A DNA stretch of 63,578 bases, counting the filler, from Octopus bimaculoides (lineage: Eukaryota), in assembly GCF_001194135.2 (NCBI RefSeq). It is 4 parts of 4 records of this genome, joined end to end, with 100 filler letters (N's around TTAATTAATTAA, not from the genome) between each part and the next. Parts side by side here need not be neighbours in the genome. Positions count along the whole stretch, not along the records: positions 39,430 to 61,041 come from NC_068984.1; positions 61,142 to 63,578 come from NC_069006.1; 2 more parts are not named here. One strand, written 5' to 3'. A program made the translations under genes and the position numbers. This document shows, piece after piece, positions 59,506-63,578 of this stretch. Under the pieces are notes generated by a model. It made no database searches, was not told the DNA's origin, and was given only the letters and a program-made list of their open reading frames with translations. Positions within the stretch are counted from its first letter, which is position 1, and every line of letters starts with the position of its first letter.

Positions 59506-61041
59506 ATCCCAACGTCAAATGGCCCGAAGGTCTCATACTCTCAGGAATGACTTATCGCAAGCAAGCACAAGCGGAATGCCTGCTCAACCTCAACCTCATG
59601 GAGCAAGCTGTTCTCAGACCAACTAGAGCGAATACCATTCTAGATATGTGCTTCACGAACAATACGGACATCATTCATGATATGAAAGTGACGCCGACAT
59701 TAGTTTCGGATCACAACATAATAGAGCTGCCTATGTTTGGGCCGAAAGAAACCAGAGACATTCAGTCTAAAGGAAGCACCCAAAATCTCTCCAATCTGAA
59801 CTTCCACAAAGCGGACTGGAAATCGATCCAGAAAGAAATCCTCAGAGAGGATTGGCCAAAATGTCTCTCCACACCAGACATTGACATGAAACTAGAATGT
59901 TTCATGTCCACTGTGCAAGTCATATGCCAGAAATATGTCCCAGAGCACAAGGCCAAAACAAATACGAACGAGATTCCAAGGGAGAGGAAGATCCTCATAA
60001 GACGACGGACGAAAGTTGCAAATCGACTCAACCAGCATCCCAAGAATGGCCACAGGTCCCGCCTAAAAACGACACTGATGGAGATTGAAAAAAGGCTGCA
60101 ACAATCCTATGTGAGATAGAGAGAGCAGACAAAGAAACCTGGGTTATAAAAAGCATTAAGTCAAACCCAAAGGCCTTCTTTCATTACGCAAAAGAAACAG
60201 CCTCAGTTCGCTGCAAGATTGGACCCCTCTCCGAAGAGGATGGCTCCCTCACAGACAGTCCAACTAGGATCAGTGAGGTACTGAATGAGCAATTTAAAAG
60301 TGTCTTCACCACTCCATTGGAGCACAGACAAGTGAACGAATCAGTGGACTACTTTGCTACCTCCCCTATAACCAGTGAGGCAGCTACAATGGAATACATC
60401 AACATTAGCGAAGAAGATGTACTACTAGCTATACATCAAGTGGACNNNNNNNNNNATCAACATTAGCGAAGAAGATGTACTACTAGCTATACATCAAGTG
60501 GACACAAACTCAACTGCTGGCTCTGATGGTTTCCCAGCAATCCTCCTTAAGTCGTGTAAACATGCCCTGGCAAAACCCCTCCAGATCCTCTTGCAGAGCT
60601 TTCTCGCAAACGGCAGATTGCCAAGCAAGCTGAAGGAGGGAATAATATGCCCAATCCATAAAGGGGGAAGCAGAGCAGATGCCAAAAACTATAGGCCTAT
60701 CTCTCTGACTTCACACATCAGCAAAGTCATGGAAAGGATAGTCAGAGGAAAACTAATTGCATTCCTTGAACAAAATAAATTGCTGAGTGATACCCAACAT
60801 GGCTTTCGACCAGGTAGGAGCTGCCTGACGCAGCTCTAACAACATTATGACTGGGTGTTGAGACAGTTACGCAACAACTCAAATGTGGACGTAATATACC
60901 TTGATTTTGCAAGAGCTTTTGACAAAGTGGATCATGGTGTGATATGCCACAAACTGCGTGATCTTGGCATAGCTGGAAAACTTGGAGAGTGATTACATGA
61001 CTTTCTGAAAGATAGAAGTCAGGCAGTAGTGGCTAGTGGAG
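59506..61041 (+). mobile_element. CR1-group LINE ORF2 fragment (endonuclease end and RT start), 5'-truncated and cut by a gap
   Basis: PTRANTILDMCFTN, VSDHNII, AGSDG, NYRPISLTSHISKVMERIV, QHGFRPGRSCLTQL and YLDFARAFDKVDH. Confidence 0.93.
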
Positions 61042-61085
61042 NNNNNNNNNNNNNNNNNNNNNNNNNNNNNNNNNNNNNNNNNNNN

Positions 61086-61097
61086 TTAATTAATTAA
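61086..61097. other. Artificial scaffolding linker inside a 100-bp gap
   Basis: N44-TTAATTAATTAA-N44. Confidence 0.95.
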
Positions 61098-61929
61098 NNN
61101 NNNNNNNNNNNNNNNNNNNNNNNNNNNNNNNNNNNNNNNNNTATATATATATATATATATATATATATCTGTGTGTAGATATCTACATACGTATATATGT
61201 TCATACACACTCAAACTCAAACACACATACGAAAACACACACACACACGCACACATAATAAAATAAACATATTTATATATATATATTTTTTTTATATGTG
61301 CAATATATACACATACGCCCTCAATATAATACATACATGCTTAGGCACACACAGACGCAGACAAACACACATAGACAAGCACGTAGACAAAGGCATACAC
61401 ACACACACACACACATACATACATACATACATACATACATACATACATACATACATACATACACAGCTACAGACACCCATTCCATTAAATTAACATTGCA
61501 ACAAGATAGAATTCGGATGATAGAGAACAACAGCATCAACAACGTCAACAGCCGCTAAAACAAAAAACGAAAATGAGAACATAATTGAATCTCAAATAAA
61601 AAGACACATTATAACATAACAATGATGAACCTATCGACTCTTATTTAAACACTGCAAATATTGTTTATTTTAATCGGCCTCGAATCGGATTCTTACTGTG
61701 GCGTCAGGGCCGTTTCGCGCAATGAGGTTTCTTTTAATCGTATTTATTTATTATTTGTATTATCTATAATATCATTATTTTTATTGTTGTTGCTGCTGCT
61801 GTTCTGTTTTTTATTCTTCTTTCAATTTTGTTTCCATTTCTGGCCAAGATTTTTTTCCTTACAGTTAAGGCCAAAGAAACTCACTGTATAAATTGGTAGG
61901 CCATTGTGATAGAAAAAAAATGTTATTTA

Positions 61930-62470
61930 TATTATCATTGTTATTGAGTGAGAGAGCAGTGCATACCATCAAATTGACACTGGGGTAAAATATACGAATC
62001 CCTGTATACCTATCATGACTACCCATCTGATAAGGGTACACCAGGCACATGCATCACAACCATATGTGCGTGATATGGGGGTCTCATATCAAGATATACA
62101 GCGCATGACCTCGCAGGTGGGGCCTAGTTAGAATTTTCGAGTAGCCCGTCCTTGTCGAAAGGTCCTTGAATAAAGTGTTGTTTAGGGATGTTGAACGAAG
62201 CACCATAGTTTCCAGAGTTGAAGCCTTCAAACTCTAAATAATTACTCTGAACACATGGTTATGATGCTCACCCACTACCCCTGCTCGCGATCAGAGATGC
62301 ACATATAGTCAGTCACCAAGGGACATCCTCAAATGGTTACGGCCACGCGACTGACAAGCAGATCTGTGGTTTTGATCGGAATATTTGCTGTAGCCCATAT
62401 TTTATATCAAGACAAAGCATTTACATGATAACACTTCCAATCAATTAAGATCAGAAGCCATGAGAGTCAC
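61930..62470 (-). mobile_element. Probable LINE 3' UTR with (TAA/TGA)n tail; partial second copy at 63100-63290
   Basis: tgagagagca..catcaaa..gac.c..gg..tatcatgactac..tgataagggtac is present in both copies next to trinucleotide tails. Confidence 0.5.
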
Positions 62471-62474
62471 TGCC

Positions 62475-63010
62475 AGGTACTGCAGTCACGTGTGGAACGG
62501 ATCTGTCTGTTGGCCGAGTCTGTACTGATGATCGCACCGCCAACCTCCTTCAATCGAGCAGTTTTCCTTTGCCGGGTGGCTATGGCGGAAGAGGTTCTTT
62601 GGTGGACAAGGCTGAAAGGCACGAGGACAGATACGTTCCTCATTGGTAGAGCTCTCATTGACTTTTTTAAATTTCAGTCGAAAAGGAAGTTGAGGGTGGA
62701 GAGGGAAGTGTTTTCCTCGAGTGAGTTTATTGAAAGGTGAGTGAAAGTTGCGAAAATTACAAGAGTAAATGATACCTCTCTAAGTGTAGACCTGTGAGTC
62801 GGAAAGAAGGAATTGGAGAGGGCACTTGCTCTTGGGGTTTCGGGAAAATTTCGGACGGTTCCACAACTATTCCTAGAAGCCTTCCTGTATCAGGAGGGCC
62901 ATATCTCCGTCATCCTCCCCGCTAACTTTTTTAAAAAAATCTTTGGATGCTTTGCATATGCCTCTTCGTTTTCACTGTATACCGTGTATACTTTCTTCTC
63001 TTTTCTTTCT
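62475..63010 (+). mobile_element. Tx1/L1-like ORF2 C-terminus and 3' UTR
   Basis: VFLCRVAMAEEVLWWTRLKG..FFKFQSKRKLRVEREVFSSSEFIER(W) resembles the ends of Tx1/L1 ORF2; a pyrimidine-rich 3' end follows. Confidence 0.55.
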
Positions 63011-63096
63011 TTTTAATCAGTTCATATGTAAACCCACACACTTTATGTCTGTCTTTGTACTATCCCCCTGATCCTTCGCACATGTGCAAATAGATG

Positions 63097-63129
<33 letters not shown>

Positions 63130-63578
63130 CCATCATCATCATCATTATTATTATTATTATTATCATTATTATTATTATTATTATTATTATTGGCTGAGAG
63201 AGCAACACATTACATCAAAGTGTCGCTGAGTTCCAAAGCGTACGAGACTCAATAGACCTATCACGACTACGGGTTTGATAAGGGTACGCAAGGAATATAC
63301 TTCACGACTGTATGTGCGCGTAAAACGTTATTTTGTCCTGTCCTCGCACACATTTATCAGCTTTTTCCTGTCGCCCTATGCTCTGGCACTCCCGTTAGAT
63401 AACACTGGTCTTGGTGTAAATAGCGTGAAACCACTATGAGGTTTCGGATACCAACTGATGAAAAAGTCAGCTGTAAATGTTACTTATATCGTGTTTTTGT
63501 CTCCCTTTTCTGTCCGTTATGTTTTAGCCCTGTTTTCGTGTATTTTTCCCTTTTCTGTCTAACATTGGAAATATATAT

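Larger units (their letters stand above)
58680..59509. mobile_element. PLE-derived inverted duplication (arms 58782-59112 and 59182-59509, 69-bp spacer)
   Basis: The arms are ~90% identical. The left arm extends further and matches 8170-8450. Each arm carries a hammerhead-like motif. Confidence 0.85.

Noticed and set aside
60398-60503. 48-bp direct repeat in the CR1 fragment
   Set aside because: The copies are identical and separated by 10 N, so this is an unmerged contig overlap. The same applies to the duplication around 6850-6930.

Overview
This is AT-rich, microsatellite- and repeat-dense animal genomic DNA from a gapped draft assembly. The repeat families (RTE LINEs with (GAT)n tails, tRNA-derived SINEs with internal microsatellites) look like octopus or another coleoid cephalopod; this is an inference. 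The only host gene I can reconstruct is the 3' part of exocyst subunit EXOC3/Sec6 on the minus strand. It has seven GT-AG exons (38103-37925, 37083-37006, 33619-33467, 31710-31599, 30606-30529, 27865-27773, 27253-27176) that splice in frame to 256 aa plus stop. Its N-terminal exons were not found. The rest is mostly decayed mobile DNA: a probably full-length RTE LINE with an 11-bp TSD, many RTE 3' ends and SINEs, a two-LTR Ty3/Gypsy element, a second Gypsy gag-protease fragment, hAT, mariner, Tc1/maT, a piggyBac-type MITE, R4/Dong, CR1 and Tx1/L1 fragments, and several Penelope-like (PLE) pieces. Three observations stand out. (1) There are two families of minimal type-I hammerhead-ribozyme motifs in PLE-type repeats: a canonical CUGAAGA family with structure-preserving differences between copies, and a variant CCGAUGA family in three copies. 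(2) A ~167-bp-arm foldback flanked by a 14-bp direct repeat sits 36 nt upstream of an EXOC3 3' splice site and is a candidate dsRNA/ADAR substrate. (3) There are further palindromes, with 330-bp and 37-bp arms, plus an inversion inside a LINE with a foldback junction. All identifications are by eye; no database search was run.
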